DNA from: Rhizomicrobium sp.
GTDB lineage: Bacteria > Pseudomonadota > Alphaproteobacteria > Micropepsales > Micropepsaceae
DNA: 64,000 nucleotides
Assembly: GCA_036272695.1 (NCBI GenBank)
Contig: DATAYG010000079.1
Coordinates: 11,214 to 75,213, forward strand
Reading direction: 5' to 3'
The notes under the pieces were generated by a model. The model did not search any database. It had not been told where the DNA came from and saw only the letters and a program-made list of their open reading frames with translations. This document shows positions 9,260 through 18,958 of the stretch, one piece after another. Position numbers and translations under genes: made by a program. Within the stretch, counting starts at the first letter, position 1. Each line of letters begins with the position of its first letter.

Positions 9260-10684
9260 GTGGAGCAACAGCGTCGAAAGCCGGAATTGACCTCTCGTTT
9301 TGCCAAGCCAGTCCTGTTCGGGGTGTGTGTGTTTGCGTTGGCCGCGGTTCCCGCCGCCATCGGCCAGTCCCAGACCAAGGAAGCCGTCACCGAGGCTCCC
9401 GCCCCTGCCGCCGCGGCATCGCAGATGAATGCGGCCGATCTCGCGGCCACGGTCGTCCATCATGGCGACGGGGTGGCGGCCATCGTGAACGATGCGGTGA
9501 TCTCCGATTTCGATCTGAAACAGCGCGTCGCGCTTTTCATCGCCACATCGGGCGTGAAGCCGTCGGCCGACGCGCTCAACGCCATTCGCGACCAGGTGCT
9601 CAAGCAGCTTGAAACCGAACAGATGGAGCTGCAGGAGGCGAAAAAAGACAACATCTCGGTTTCCGCCGCCGAGGTCGACAAGGCGATCAACGATATCATC
9701 AAGAGCAATCACATCTCGCTCGACCAGCTCAAATCCGTCCTCGCGCAGGGCGGCGTCGACATCGCGACGCTGCGATCGCAGATCAGCGTGCAGATCGTGT
9801 GGTCGAAACTGGTGCAGGACCAGTTGGGCGACCGCGTCCGCGTCACGCCTGAGGATGTCGATGCGGAGCTGGCGAAGGTAAAGGCGGGAGCGGACAAGCC
9901 GCGCTATCTCGTCGGCGAGATTTTCGAGTCCGTCGATTCGCCGGAGCAGGACGCGAAGGTCCAGAAGGACATGGCCGATCTGGACAATCAGATCCAGCTG
10001 GGTGCGCCTTTTGCCGCCGTGGCGCGCCAGTTCAGCCAGAACCCCACGGCCGCGCAGGGCGGCGATCTCGGATGGGTGCAGGAAGGCCAGCTTCCGCCGG
10101 AACTGATGAACCGCATCAAGACGATGAATGTCGGCGATGTGAGCGAGCCGATACGCGCCACGGGCGGTTATTACATCATCACGCTGCATGACAGACAGCA
10201 GCCGGTGGGCACGAAGATCGCGGAGGCGGCGCCGGACCCTGCGACCCCGGCCGGTACGCTGCCGCTGGTGCGCGTGCTGTTTCCGATCGGCAGCAAGCCC
10301 GACAAGGCCCTCAGCGACCGCGCGCTTCAGGTCGCCACTGTAGTCCGCTCGCGAATTCACGATTGCGGACAGGCCCGCGACGCCGTCGCCAAGATGCCCG
10401 GCGTGCTCTACATGAATCTCGGCACGATGAAGCTCACCGATCTGAGCGCCGAGCTGCAGAGCGCCATCGCCAAAACCCCCGCCGGAGGAACAACCGATCC
10501 GCTCGTATCCTCTGCCGGCGTGGAACTGATCATGCGTTGCGACAAGGCGGTCCCGAAGGAATCGGTCATGGTCATTCCGACGAAGGACCAGATCGAGGAG
10601 CAGCTCTATGAAGCGCAGATGACGGTCCTCGCCCGCCGCTACCTGCGCGATCTGCGGCGCGAAGCCGATGTCGAGACGCGCTGA
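9260..10684 (+). CDS. surA: SurA-type peptidyl-prolyl isomerase/chaperone
   Basis: AIVNDAVISDFD, parvulin [38 protein letters not shown]. Start placed at GTG 9260 (GGAG upstream); the track ORF starts at 9182. Confidence 0.88.
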   Translation: MEQQRRKPELTSRFAKPVLFGVCVFALAAVPAAIGQSQTKEAVTEAPAPAAAASQMNAADLAATVVHHGDGVAAIVNDAVISDFDLKQRVALFIATSGVKPSADALNAIRDQVLKQLETEQMELQEAKKDNISVSAAEVDKAINDIIKSNHISLDQLKSVLAQGGVDIATLRSQISVQIVWSKLVQDQLGDRVRVTPEDVDAELAKVKAGADKPRYLVGEIFESVDSPEQDAKVQKDMADLDNQIQLGAPFAAVARQFSQNPTAAQGGDLGWVQEGQLPPELMNRIKTMNVGDVSEPIRATGGYYIITLHDRQQPVGTKIAEAAPDPATPAGTLPLVRVLFPIGSKPDKALSDRALQVATVVRSRIHDCGQARDAVAKMPGVLYMNLGTMKLTDLSAELQSAIAKTPAGGTTDPLVSSAGVELIMRCDKAVPKESVMVIPTKDQIEEQLYEAQMTVLARRYLRDLRREADVETR

Positions 10685-11600
10685 AAATCATCCCGCGTCT
10701 CCCATTCTCATTACCATGGGCGACCCGGCAGGCATCGGGCCGGAGGTCGCCGCAAAAGCGTGGCACGCGTTCGGCGGCTGCGTCGGCCGGCGTCCGCTGA
10801 AGTTCGTCGGCGACAGCGGCGTATTCCGCGCGCATGGCGATTTTCCGGAGGATGCGTTCTGGCCGTCCGCGCCGGCAAAAAGCACCGCACAAGCCGTTAT
10901 CGGCGCCATCGAAACGGCCGTGGGTGCGGCTGTTGCGGAAGAAGCCGCCGCCGTTGTTACAGCACCGATCAACAAGGCGCGGCTGCTCGACGCCGGGTTC
11001 CGCTTCGCGGGCCACACGGAATTTCTCGCCGAACTGACGGGCGCACCGCGCGCCGTCATGATGCTCGCCGGCGCCGGCCTGCGCGTGGTGCCGCTCACCA
11101 TCCATATTCCGCTCGCGAAAGTCCCGGCAGCGATTTCCGAAAGCGCGATCGTCGGGACGGCCGGGATTGTGCTCGCGTCTCTCGCCCGCGATTTCCGCAT
11201 CGCGCAGCCGCGCCTCGCCATCGCCGGTCTCAATCCGCATGCCGGCGAGAGCGGAAAGCTGGGCACGGAAGAGGAGCAAATTATCGCGCCCGCGATCCAA
11301 ACATTGCGCGGGCGCGGCCATATCGTGTCCGGTCCGCTGCCCGGCGACACCATGTTCCACGAATCGGCGCGGGCGCAATACGACGCGGCGCTCTGCATGT
11401 ATCATGACCAGGCATTGATACCTCTGAAGACGCTCGCCTTCTGGGACGGCGTGAACGTCACGCTCGGCTTGCCGATTGTGCGCACCTCGCCCGATCACGG
11501 CACCGCGTTCGACATTGCCGGCCAGGGCATCGCCGATCCGCGCAGCATGATCGCCGCGATCCGGCTCGCGGCGGAGATGGCGGATGCACGAAACCTCTGA
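10668..11600 (+). CDS. pdxA: 4-hydroxythreonine-4-phosphate dehydrogenase
   Basis: [36 protein letters not shown] and [14 protein letters not shown] motifs. Confidence 0.96.
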   Translation: MSRRAENHPASPILITMGDPAGIGPEVAAKAWHAFGGCVGRRPLKFVGDSGVFRAHGDFPEDAFWPSAPAKSTAQAVIGAIETAVGAAVAEEAAAVVTAPINKARLLDAGFRFAGHTEFLAELTGAPRAVMMLAGAGLRVVPLTIHIPLAKVPAAISESAIVGTAGIVLASLARDFRIAQPRLAIAGLNPHAGESGKLGTEEEQIIAPAIQTLRGRGHIVSGPLPGDTMFHESARAQYDAALCMYHDQALIPLKTLAFWDGVNVTLGLPIVRTSPDHGTAFDIAGQGIADPRSMIAAIRLAAEMADARNL

Positions 11601-12492
11601 CGGATTGCCGCCGCTGCGCGAGGTGATCGCCGCGCATGGCCTCAGCGCGAAGAAATCGCTCGGCCAGAATTTTCTTCTCGATTTCAATCTCACGCGCAAG
11701 ATCGCGCGCGCGGCTGGTCCGCTCGAGAACGCCACCATCTATGAAGTGGGCCCCGGCCCCGGCGGGCTGACGCGTGCGCTGCTCGCCGAAGGCGCCGGGC
11801 ACGTGATCGCGGTCGAACGGGATCGCCGCTGCATCGCCGCGCTGGAAGAGATCGGGCTGGTATTTCCCGGGCGTCTGGCAATCGTCGCCGCCGACGCCAT
11901 GGCGCTCGACGAAGGGGAATTGCTCCGTGAACGGAACATCCCGTCGCCGGTGCGCGTGGCCGCCAACCTGCCCTACAATGTGGGCACGGCGCTGCTGGTG
12001 AAATGGCTCACCGCTCCGACATGGCCGCCCTTCTGGGAGAGCCTGACGCTCATGTTTCAGAAGGAAGTGGCGGCGCGGATCGTCAGCGCGCCCGGCTCTG
12101 CCGAGTACGGACGCCTCGCGGTGCTTGCGCAATGGCGCGCCGAGCCGCGAATCCTGTTCGATGTCGACCGCCGCGCCTTCACGCCCTCGCCCAGCGTGAC
12201 GTCCGCGCTGCTGCGCGTCGAACCGCTCGCCGAACCGCGCGCCGCTGCCCGCCTCGAAGATCTCGAGCGCGTTACGGCCGCTTCCTTTGGCCAGCGCCGC
12301 AAGATGCTGCGCCAGAGTTTGAAACAACTTGCGCCCGACGCCGAAGCCCGCGTCCGTGCCGCGGACGTCGATCCCGAATCCCGTCCGCAGGATCTCACCA
12401 TCACCCAATTCGCCGCGCTGGCCCGCGCGTTTTCTCCCTCACCCCCGCGGAGCGGGGGCGGTAGCGACAGAGTAGCCCGACGGCTGGGGTGA
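11584..12492 (+). CDS. rsmA: 16S rRNA m6(2)A dimethyltransferase
   Basis: [45 protein letters not shown]. Confidence 0.97.
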   Translation: MHETSDGLPPLREVIAAHGLSAKKSLGQNFLLDFNLTRKIARAAGPLENATIYEVGPGPGGLTRALLAEGAGHVIAVERDRRCIAALEEIGLVFPGRLAIVAADAMALDEGELLRERNIPSPVRVAANLPYNVGTALLVKWLTAPTWPPFWESLTLMFQKEVAARIVSAPGSAEYGRLAVLAQWRAEPRILFDVDRRAFTPSPSVTSALLRVEPLAEPRAAARLEDLERVTAASFGQRRKMLRQSLKQLAPDAEARVRAADVDPESRPQDLTITQFAALARAFSPSPPRSGGGSDRVARRLG

Positions 12493-12520
12493 GAGGTGGC
12501 GACGCGCGGGGGCGAGGGAA
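12431..12520. repeat. Imperfect GC-rich palindromic (REP-like) element overlapping the rsmA 3' end
   Basis: TTCTCCCTCACCCCCGCGGAGCGGGGGCGG...GGGGTGAGAGG...GGGGGCGAGGGAA, nested inverted repeats; encodes the atypical tail [19 protein letters not shown]. Confidence 0.5.
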
Positions 12521-14047
12521 TTACTCCCGCGGCGGGTTGTTGATCAGGTAGGGGAAACCGCCATTGATCTTCGGGTCCTCCGCCCAAACTTTCGGATCGA
12601 ACCCCGAGGGTAGCCCGGATTGAAGCTGCTCAGTCGTCAGGCCGGTGATGCCGGGATCGTTCTTCGGCGTGCCAGCGCCTTCGTTCAGCTTCTTTATACG
12701 GCTTGTCGATGTGTCCCAATAGTCGGAACTATTGCCACCAGCCTTGTCCACTCCGATCAGGCCGCCGGCATCATGGTTCTTGTGACCGAGGTCTTTCAAA
12801 GCGGTGGTGGAATAAGCCTGCGTGATCATGCCATTTGCACCGGTCAGGCCGCCGACCCATGTGCCATCGCCGCCCGCGACGCTTCCCATCGAATAAGATT
12901 GCGTGATCGGTCCGGCATTACTTCCCACAAGTCCGCCGAGTCCTCCATCATCTCCGCTCGACACGACGCAATCCGCATAGGACTGTGTAATGCTCCCGTT
13001 GAAATTGTATCCTACCAACCCACCGCCCGTGGTGCCAAATTGATCACTGCCTATGGTCCCCGTTGCGTGGCTACGCGTGATCATCCCGCTATTATATCCT
13101 ACCAATCCCCCGATATACGCGCCACCATTTTGAACACTCGATATCAGCGTGCCGCTTACGAAATCGTTGCTGATAAAACCGAAGCTCACCGCTGCAATCC
13201 CACCCACGTCCCCCGCATTTCCACTGATACTTAGCTTTAACAGGCGGGTGTTTTCGACGGTACTTCCCGAGGCAGGTCTGGCAAACAGGCCAACATAATC
13301 CGCATTTTCTGGATCATCGATCGACAGGCGCGAGATTGTGTTGCCGAGTCCCTCAAAATTGCCGCCAAATTCAGTTGGTATCGGGGAGGTTGCGTAGATG
13401 CCATCAATTTTTGCATCGTAGTCGTTTGCGAGCGCGTAATCGCCGGCCGGGTTCTGTGCAATGTCCGCGGCGAGGGTGGCGATGTCTCCAACCAGCGTAT
13501 AAGCCGAGCCGCTGATTGTAAGCATATCCGAAAGATTCGCGAAGGTCACATGCCCTTTGCCCAGAAATCCGAAATAGCCGTTCTTGCCGCCATCGTCTGT
13601 GGCCACCGACAAGCCGCCCGCGCCCGAAACGGAAACGGGCTTTTCCACAAGGACGGACTGCCAGGCGTCAAGCGCAAGCACATTCGCGCCCGACCAACCG
13701 AGTGACGCATCGACAATTATATCATCCGCCTGCACGCCGGAGCCAGTCGTTGTCACCTTGACATCGCCAGACGCAAGCAACGATTCGAGATCGCCGACAT
13801 TGAGGACTGCCTTCTTGGCCGTCGGCGCGCAGACACCTCCTGTACAATTTATGTTCGCAGTTGGGGAAGAGGAGATCGTCACGGCCGCGTGAGCCGTGGA
13901 TGCGATCATTGAAATTGCGAGTGCTGCGAGGGCAGCACTCCCGGGCCAAGGCGCCGGAAGCGGAAAACGAACCCAAGAGTTGAAATCCGCAAATGAATTG
14001 CTCGACTCAGGCCGCTTATACAAGGCCGGCTGATCCAGGAACTGCAT
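12521..14047 (-). CDS. Secreted GLUG-motif/beta-helix-like surface protein (paralog 1)
   Basis: AHA-AVTIS signal cleavage, repeated (I/V)GGLVG(Y/S)N...ITxSYA-type motifs; paralogous to 15249..16727. Start uncertain. Confidence 0.7.
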   Translation of the reverse strand: MQFLDQPALYKRPESSNSFADFNSWVRFPLPAPWPGSAALAALAISMIASTAHAAVTISSSPTANINCTGGVCAPTAKKAVLNVGDLESLLASGDVKVTTTGSGVQADDIIVDASLGWSGANVLALDAWQSVLVEKPVSVSGAGGLSVATDDGGKNGYFGFLGKGHVTFANLSDMLTISGSAYTLVGDIATLAADIAQNPAGDYALANDYDAKIDGIYATSPIPTEFGGNFEGLGNTISRLSIDDPENADYVGLFARPASGSTVENTRLLKLSISGNAGDVGGIAAVSFGFISNDFVSGTLISSVQNGGAYIGGLVGYNSGMITRSHATGTIGSDQFGTTGGGLVGYNFNGSITQSYADCVVSSGDDGGLGGLVGSNAGPITQSYSMGSVAGGDGTWVGGLTGANGMITQAYSTTALKDLGHKNHDAGGLIGVDKAGGNSSDYWDTSTSRIKKLNEGAGTPKNDPGITGLTTEQLQSGLPSGFDPKVWAEDPKINGGFPYLINNPPRE

Positions 14048-14302
14048 CTGATTTTACTTCCGCTCATAACCCGGCTCAATCTACCACGCCGCACGCGAAT
14101 AGCCAATCATTTATCCACAGATTTCTTGAATCGGGAATCGAGTCGTTAAATCAAGAACTTGGAAAGGGGCCAGAGGAAATATGGCGGAATTTCATTCCGC
14201 CGGGGCCAAGAAAACAATTGAGCGAGATCGAGAAACGAAGCGTAGTTTCCGGGCGTCGCGGCGCAACGGAACTCTTTGTGACGCGGCGGAAAGTGAGAAG
14301 GT

Positions 14303-15111
14303 ATCGGGGTCAGAGTTGCAATTCGCGGCGGTGGTGTTATGGTGGCACCGGGTCTTTGGTGATATTCCCATGGCGCGGCGGAAGCGGTTCTTTCTCGACG
14401 GTCAGCCGCTGCATGTGATCCAGCGCGGAAACAATCGGCAGGCGGTGTTCTTCGCCGCGGACGACTACGCGCAATATATCGCCTGGCTCGCCGAGGCCGC
14501 CCGCGAATACGGTCTTGCCGTTTACGCCTATGTGCTGATGACCAATCATGTTCATCTGCTGGCGGCGCCCGCCGGACCGGACAGTCTCTCCCGCACCGTG
14601 CAATCGCTCGGCCGCCGCTATGTGCGCTACGTGAACGGCTGCTACGGCCGGACGGGCACGCTGTGGGAAGGGCGCTATCGCGCCGCACCGGTCGACAGCG
14701 ACGCGTATTTCTTCGATTGCTGCCGCTATATCGAACGCAACCCGGTGCGGGCGCGCATGGTGGCGCGGGCCCGCGACTGGCGCTGGTCGAGCTATCGCGC
14801 CCATGCCTCGGGCGACGCCGATGCGCTGCTGAGCGAGCACCCGCTCTATCGCGCACTCGGCCGGACTGCCGCCCAGCGGCAGGAGGAATACCGGTTGCGC
14901 TTCAGGGCGCCGGACGACGAGGAATTCGTCTCGGCGCTCAGGCAGGGGACGAATGGCGGATGGCCTGTCGGCGGCGACCGCTTCAAGCGCGAAATCGCCA
15001 AGGCCCTGAAATGCCGCGTCACCCCGCTGCCGCCCGGACCGAAACCGCAAACGCCGCCGGACAAACGTCAGTTGAGGTTTCTGTAACGGAAGTTACAACT
15101 CTGACCCCGAT
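14303..15111 (+). mobile_element. RAYT/REPtron-like unit bounded by inverted repeats
   Basis: ATCGGGGTCAGAGTTG (14303-14318) and CAACTCTGACCCCGAT (15096-15111) form a perfect 16-bp IR (19/21 when extended) around the RAYT gene. Confidence 0.75.
14370..15086 (+). CDS. REP-associated tyrosine transposase (RAYT, Y1 HUH family)
   Basis: MARRKR...HVIQRGNNRQAVF, AYVLMTNHVHLL (HUH), GTLWEGRY, YIERNPVRA, WRWSSY. Start ATG 14370. Confidence 0.9.
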   Translation: MARRKRFFLDGQPLHVIQRGNNRQAVFFAADDYAQYIAWLAEAAREYGLAVYAYVLMTNHVHLLAAPAGPDSLSRTVQSLGRRYVRYVNGCYGRTGTLWEGRYRAAPVDSDAYFFDCCRYIERNPVRARMVARARDWRWSSYRAHASGDADALLSEHPLYRALGRTAAQRQEEYRLRFRAPDDEEFVSALRQGTNGGWPVGGDRFKREIAKALKCRVTPLPPGPKPQTPPDKRQLRFL

Positions 15112-15248
15112 TATCCGCGCCGCAACCCGTGTCAAGCATTTGATTTGCAGCAGCAAAATAGTATGCTATTCCTCGCATATGGAAGATAATTCGAAGTTCC
15201 GTAATCCGACGCGGCTTCGATGCTCCGGTTTGGGAAAGGGGGCTTATC

Positions 15249-16727
15249 ATGCAGAGCCGTGAAGGTGTGCGCCAAACGTCAGCGGTGCTGACTGCTGGTC
15301 TGTTTGTTCTTGTTGCACCGACAGCGCAGGCGGCAGTGGTGATTTCGAGTGATGCGACGCAGGACATGAGCTGCTCGAATGGCGTGTGCGCGCCGACGGC
15401 GAGCGATGCAGTCCTGAATGTGGCGGACCTGGAGAGCCTGCTCGGTTCCGGCAGCGTCGAAGTAACTAGCACCGGTTCGGGAGGTGTGCAGGCGAACGAC
15501 GTGAACGTTGAAGCCGCACTATCCTGGTCTAACCAGAACCTCCTCTACATTGTGGCGCTGAATTGGATCGGGATTGACAAAAAGATTGCTCTCGCCGGAC
15601 AGGGCGGGTTGTCGCTCGCGACAGGGGCCGATGGTGCGCTGTCTTTCGGAACGAAGGGCAGCGTGACGTTTGCCGATCTTTCAAGCGCGCTCACGATCAA
15701 CGGGATCGCCTATACGCTCGTGAACAATATCACCACACTTGCGAGTGATATTGCATCCAACCCCGCCGGCAGCTATGCGCTCGCGAACAGTTACGATGCC
15801 TCAAAGGACGGGACCTATTCCAATTCACCGATTGCAACAGAGTTGACCGGGACCGTGCATGGCCTCGGGAATACGCTCTCCAATCTTTCCGTCAACCATT
15901 CGAAGGGAAAGGTCAGTGTCGGGCTTTTCGAGTATGTCGCAAAAACCGGTTCAGTCGACAGTCTTCGGTTGCAGAAGCTCACTATCATTTCCCGCAACGG
16001 CCAGTTTGGCGTCGGAGGTCTGGTCGGCTCCAATGACGGCCTTCTATTTGGAGATACAGTTGACGGGTCAATCAGTTCCAAAGGCGGTAATGCGGGCACT
16101 GTCGGCGGCGTCGTGGGCGGCAATGGCGGCACTGTTACTTCCTCTTCAGCAGATGTGGACTTAAAAGGACCAGGAACCGCAATGCAGGGTGGCCTTGCGG
16201 GACTTAATGAGGGCACAATCAACTTTTCGCACGCCACTGGGAATGTGGAAAGTTTCCTGGCCGGCGGCCTCGTCGGTATTAATACCGGCGACATCGACCA
16301 AAGTTACGCAACGGGCTCGATAGCCGGGGGATGGCCTGGCGGACTCGCCGGGAGCAGCGGAGGCACGATCACCAATTCATATTCGACCGGAACTGCCGGC
16401 GGCAAAACTGAGTCCGATGCTGGGTTGATCAGCGACGACGAAGGCGCCACGGTGACGAGTTCCTATTCGGCTGGAGCGGTTAAGACAGGGGGCGGCTTCG
16501 TTTGCCAGCACATTGACGAGCCTGTTTTCACGAACGACTACTGGGACACGACCACCAGCGGGCAGGTGAACGGGGCGTGCCATGGCAACGTTGGAGGAGT
16601 TACCGGCGTGACGAGCAAGCAACTCAAATCCGGCCTCCCGTCGGGCTTCGATCCCAGCATTTGGGCGGAAGACAAAAAGATCAATAACGGTTTCCCCTAC
16701 CTCATCAACAACCCGCCGGCGAAGTGA
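15249..16727 (+). CDS. Secreted GLUG-motif/beta-helix-like surface protein (paralog 2)
   Basis: AQA-AVVIS signal cleavage, CSNGVCAPTA, GGLVG repeats; C-terminus SGLPSGFDPSIWAEDKKINNGFPYLINNPP nearly matches paralog 1. Confidence 0.75.
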   Translation: MQSREGVRQTSAVLTAGLFVLVAPTAQAAVVISSDATQDMSCSNGVCAPTASDAVLNVADLESLLGSGSVEVTSTGSGGVQANDVNVEAALSWSNQNLLYIVALNWIGIDKKIALAGQGGLSLATGADGALSFGTKGSVTFADLSSALTINGIAYTLVNNITTLASDIASNPAGSYALANSYDASKDGTYSNSPIATELTGTVHGLGNTLSNLSVNHSKGKVSVGLFEYVAKTGSVDSLRLQKLTIISRNGQFGVGGLVGSNDGLLFGDTVDGSISSKGGNAGTVGGVVGGNGGTVTSSSADVDLKGPGTAMQGGLAGLNEGTINFSHATGNVESFLAGGLVGINTGDIDQSYATGSIAGGWPGGLAGSSGGTITNSYSTGTAGGKTESDAGLISDDEGATVTSSYSAGAVKTGGGFVCQHIDEPVFTNDYWDTTTSGQVNGACHGNVGGVTGVTSKQLKSGLPSGFDPSIWAEDKKINNGFPYLINNPPAK

Positions 16728-16735
16728 CGCGTCAG

Positions 16736-16765
16736 CCTCACCCTTCGACAGGCTCGGGGTGAGGG
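16736..16765. repeat. REP-like hairpin (CTTCGACAGGCTC core), copy 1
   Basis: CCTCACCC-TTCGACAGGCTCG-GGGTGAGG stem-loop just after the GLUG stop; related copy in inverse orientation at 28732-28760. Confidence 0.55.
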
Positions 16766-16983
16766 TCACTCAAATAGCGCAAATAAATTAAGTTAGGTGA
16801 CAGGTCCACCATTCACACCCCATCGCAGAACAACGGCGGGAGTCGCAGTCTTAAATGCGAACGCGGGATTTGTCATAAGGGTGTATGAAAGAGTACTGAC
16901 AAGCCAGCGCGGCGCGACTGGACTGTCGCGCGGATAATTGGCGAAAGACCGCGAACGCGTCAGATATCGGCGACCCAAACAGA

Positions 16984-17313
16984 TTATGCCGCGGCCAGTG
17001 CCCTGCGCACGCCTTCGGGGTCGGCCTTGATGGCGCGCAACAGCGTCCGTGCGGGGCCGCTCGGCTTCTTGGCGCCCCGCTCCCACTCCTGCACGGTTCG
17101 AATGCTGAACTCATAGGTGGCCGCAAACTTCGCCTGCGTCATGCCGGCGGCACGCCGGATTTCGCGCACGTCGATCTCGGGAGCCATATCCGGCGCGGCG
17201 CCGGGATTGGCGGCGATCTGTCGGGCAATGTCCGCATCCGTCATCGCATCGACCTTGCGCCAGTCCGTCGCCGCCAGCGCGGCGCGCATCGCCTTACTCG
17301 ACATTCGTGCCAT
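16984..17313 (-). CDS. XRE/Cro-C1 HTH antitoxin
   Basis: TDWRKVDAMTDADI N-terminus; VREIRRAAGMTQAKFA...TVQEWERGAKKPSGPARTLL HTH; overlaps the toxin stop region. Confidence 0.85.
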   Translation of the reverse strand: MARMSSKAMRAALAATDWRKVDAMTDADIARQIAANPGAAPDMAPEIDVREIRRAAGMTQAKFAATYEFSIRTVQEWERGAKKPSGPARTLLRAIKADPEGVRRALAAA

Positions 17314-17567
17314 AGCGATTCACTTCCCGATTGTTTGCTTTGCGAAGCGAAATAACGCGCCGTTCGCCGTCGCGGTCCGTGTAAACCCACACGAAAAGAC
17401 GATTATTGATGAGACCGAACGCAACTTCGCGAAGCTCATTGTAATCGAAACGATCGTCGGCCACGCAGATGTGCGGGCCGGCGAACAGGACTTCCGCCAA
17501 CGCAAGCGAGACACCGTGCTTCGCCCGGTTGACCGCATCCTTTGGCGGGATCGAACACGCATCTCAC
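17294..17567 (-). pseudogene. BrnT-family toxin with a +1 frameshift
   Basis: GTG 17567 reads MRCVFDPAK; one extra base at the TTT 17541-17543 shifts the frame; the other frame continues DAVNRAKHGVSLALAEVLF...DDRFDYNELREVAFG...RRVISLRKAN. Length 274 = 3n+1. Confidence 0.8.
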
Positions 17568-17777
17568 GCGGAATCCTCTACGCCTCCGGCGTATACCTGG
17601 CAAGGAGTGCCGGAAGGCGGTCAGTCCGCGAGTACCAGGATGAAGGCGAGCGCCACTTTCAACCGCCCCATTTCTCCCACGCTGAGAAAACCAGGGATCC
17701 TTCCGACCCGCTCGGGGCGGATCGTGACTGGCTGGTGCGCATGGTTTGCGATCGGAGGCGCACCTGTTCGCATCAGA

Positions 17778-18935
17778 TCAAGGGCACGGGTTATGCCGTC
17801 GCCCAGGTTTCTCAGGTTTCTCAGTTTCCCGCGCCCAGCCTGCGATGACCGAGCGGTCCACGCCGGCGGCGAAGAGCACGTTGCCGATTTCGGCGATGGA
17901 GCGCCGCGGAACGACGCAGACTCCGTCCGGTGTGACGGACCCGTGCTCATGCATCGGGGAAGTGTCGCAGATACCGCGGTAGCCGCAGCCCGTGCAGTTG
18001 CGGATTTTCCGGCGGCGGATCGCGGCCTGGCAAGCGCGATAGGTTTCCTGCCCGACAATATCGATCATGGAATCGCAGTTGATATTTCCGAGCCGGAATT
18101 GCTGGTCATAGGCGAAGGGCCGGGTGAAGACGTCGCCATTGACGTTGATCACAAAGATGTTGTCGAGCACGTCACGATCGACGTCGCCATGCGCCGTTTG
18201 TCCGGCGATCTTCAGCGCGGCAGCCTTGATGTAGTCGTCGATGGGCGCGATGGGGATGTGCTTCTTCGCAGTGGCGCGGCGCTCGAAAACCGCGACCAAT
18301 GTCCGGACGACCTCTTCTTCCGGAAGCTGCAGGCGCGCCATATTCTCTTCCGGGCCGCCCGCGAACGCCGGCAGGATGCGCCAGCCCTCGGCAAACTCCG
18401 CCACCCAGTCATAGGCGTCGGGAAGCGCGTCGCAATTATGCGCGCCGAGCACCGAGATCGCGCCGAATTTCGCGCCCGACCGGTGCAGCTCCTCGGCTGC
18501 CGCGATGACGGATTTGTTCGAATCCCTTCCGCCCGCGTTCGTGCGAATGCCTTCGGCGAAATCGATGGAAACACCAAGTTCCCAGCCCGCGTCGAGAACG
18601 AATTTCAGGCTGTCCCGATTGCTCCCAAAGAGATTGGTCTGCACGCTGTTGCGATAGGCGAAGTTGCGGATATGCGCTTGCTGTAGCTCGACGATCCGTT
18701 CGTAATAACCGGGCGGCAGCAGCAGCGGTTCGCCGCCGTGCCAGACGAAAGAGAATTTCGATGAAATACCCCGCGCAGCCAGATAGGTACCGAACCGGCC
18801 GACATCGGTGAACAGCCGCCGGACTGTCTCCGCAGGCATGACATCCCGAACCCGTAACTCGCGGTGCTCATAACAGTATGCACAATTCAGATTACAGAAT
18901 TTGGACAATTTCAGGACGAAGACGGTTTCCTGCAC
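17778..18935 (-). CDS. Radical SAM protein with partial SPASM domain (anSME/peptide-maturase-like)
   Basis: LKLSKFCNLNCAYCYE (CxxxCxxC), WHGGEPLL, SVQTN, VSIDF; C-terminal CTGCGYRGIC (Cx2Cx5C) plus further Cys. Confidence 0.85.
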   Translation of the reverse strand: MQETVFVLKLSKFCNLNCAYCYEHRELRVRDVMPAETVRRLFTDVGRFGTYLAARGISSKFSFVWHGGEPLLLPPGYYERIVELQQAHIRNFAYRNSVQTNLFGSNRDSLKFVLDAGWELGVSIDFAEGIRTNAGGRDSNKSVIAAAEELHRSGAKFGAISVLGAHNCDALPDAYDWVAEFAEGWRILPAFAGGPEENMARLQLPEEEVVRTLVAVFERRATAKKHIPIAPIDDYIKAAALKIAGQTAHGDVDRDVLDNIFVINVNGDVFTRPFAYDQQFRLGNINCDSMIDIVGQETYRACQAAIRRRKIRNCTGCGYRGICDTSPMHEHGSVTPDGVCVVPRRSIAEIGNVLFAAGVDRSVIAGWARETEKPEKPGRRHNPCP

Positions 18936-18958
18936 GTTGGTTCCACCGCCCGACCTTT

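Noticed and set aside
14111-14119. Perfect DnaA box TTATCCACA (one-mismatch copy near 30744)
   Set aside because: A single 9-mer; a rough composition-based estimate gives about 0.1-0.2 chance copies per window, and there is no cluster or DUE, so it is not called oriC.
16795-16820. GGTCCACCA resembling a tRNA 3' end or att site
   Set aside because: No T-loop (TTCGA), no cloverleaf, no second copy, and no integrase nearby.
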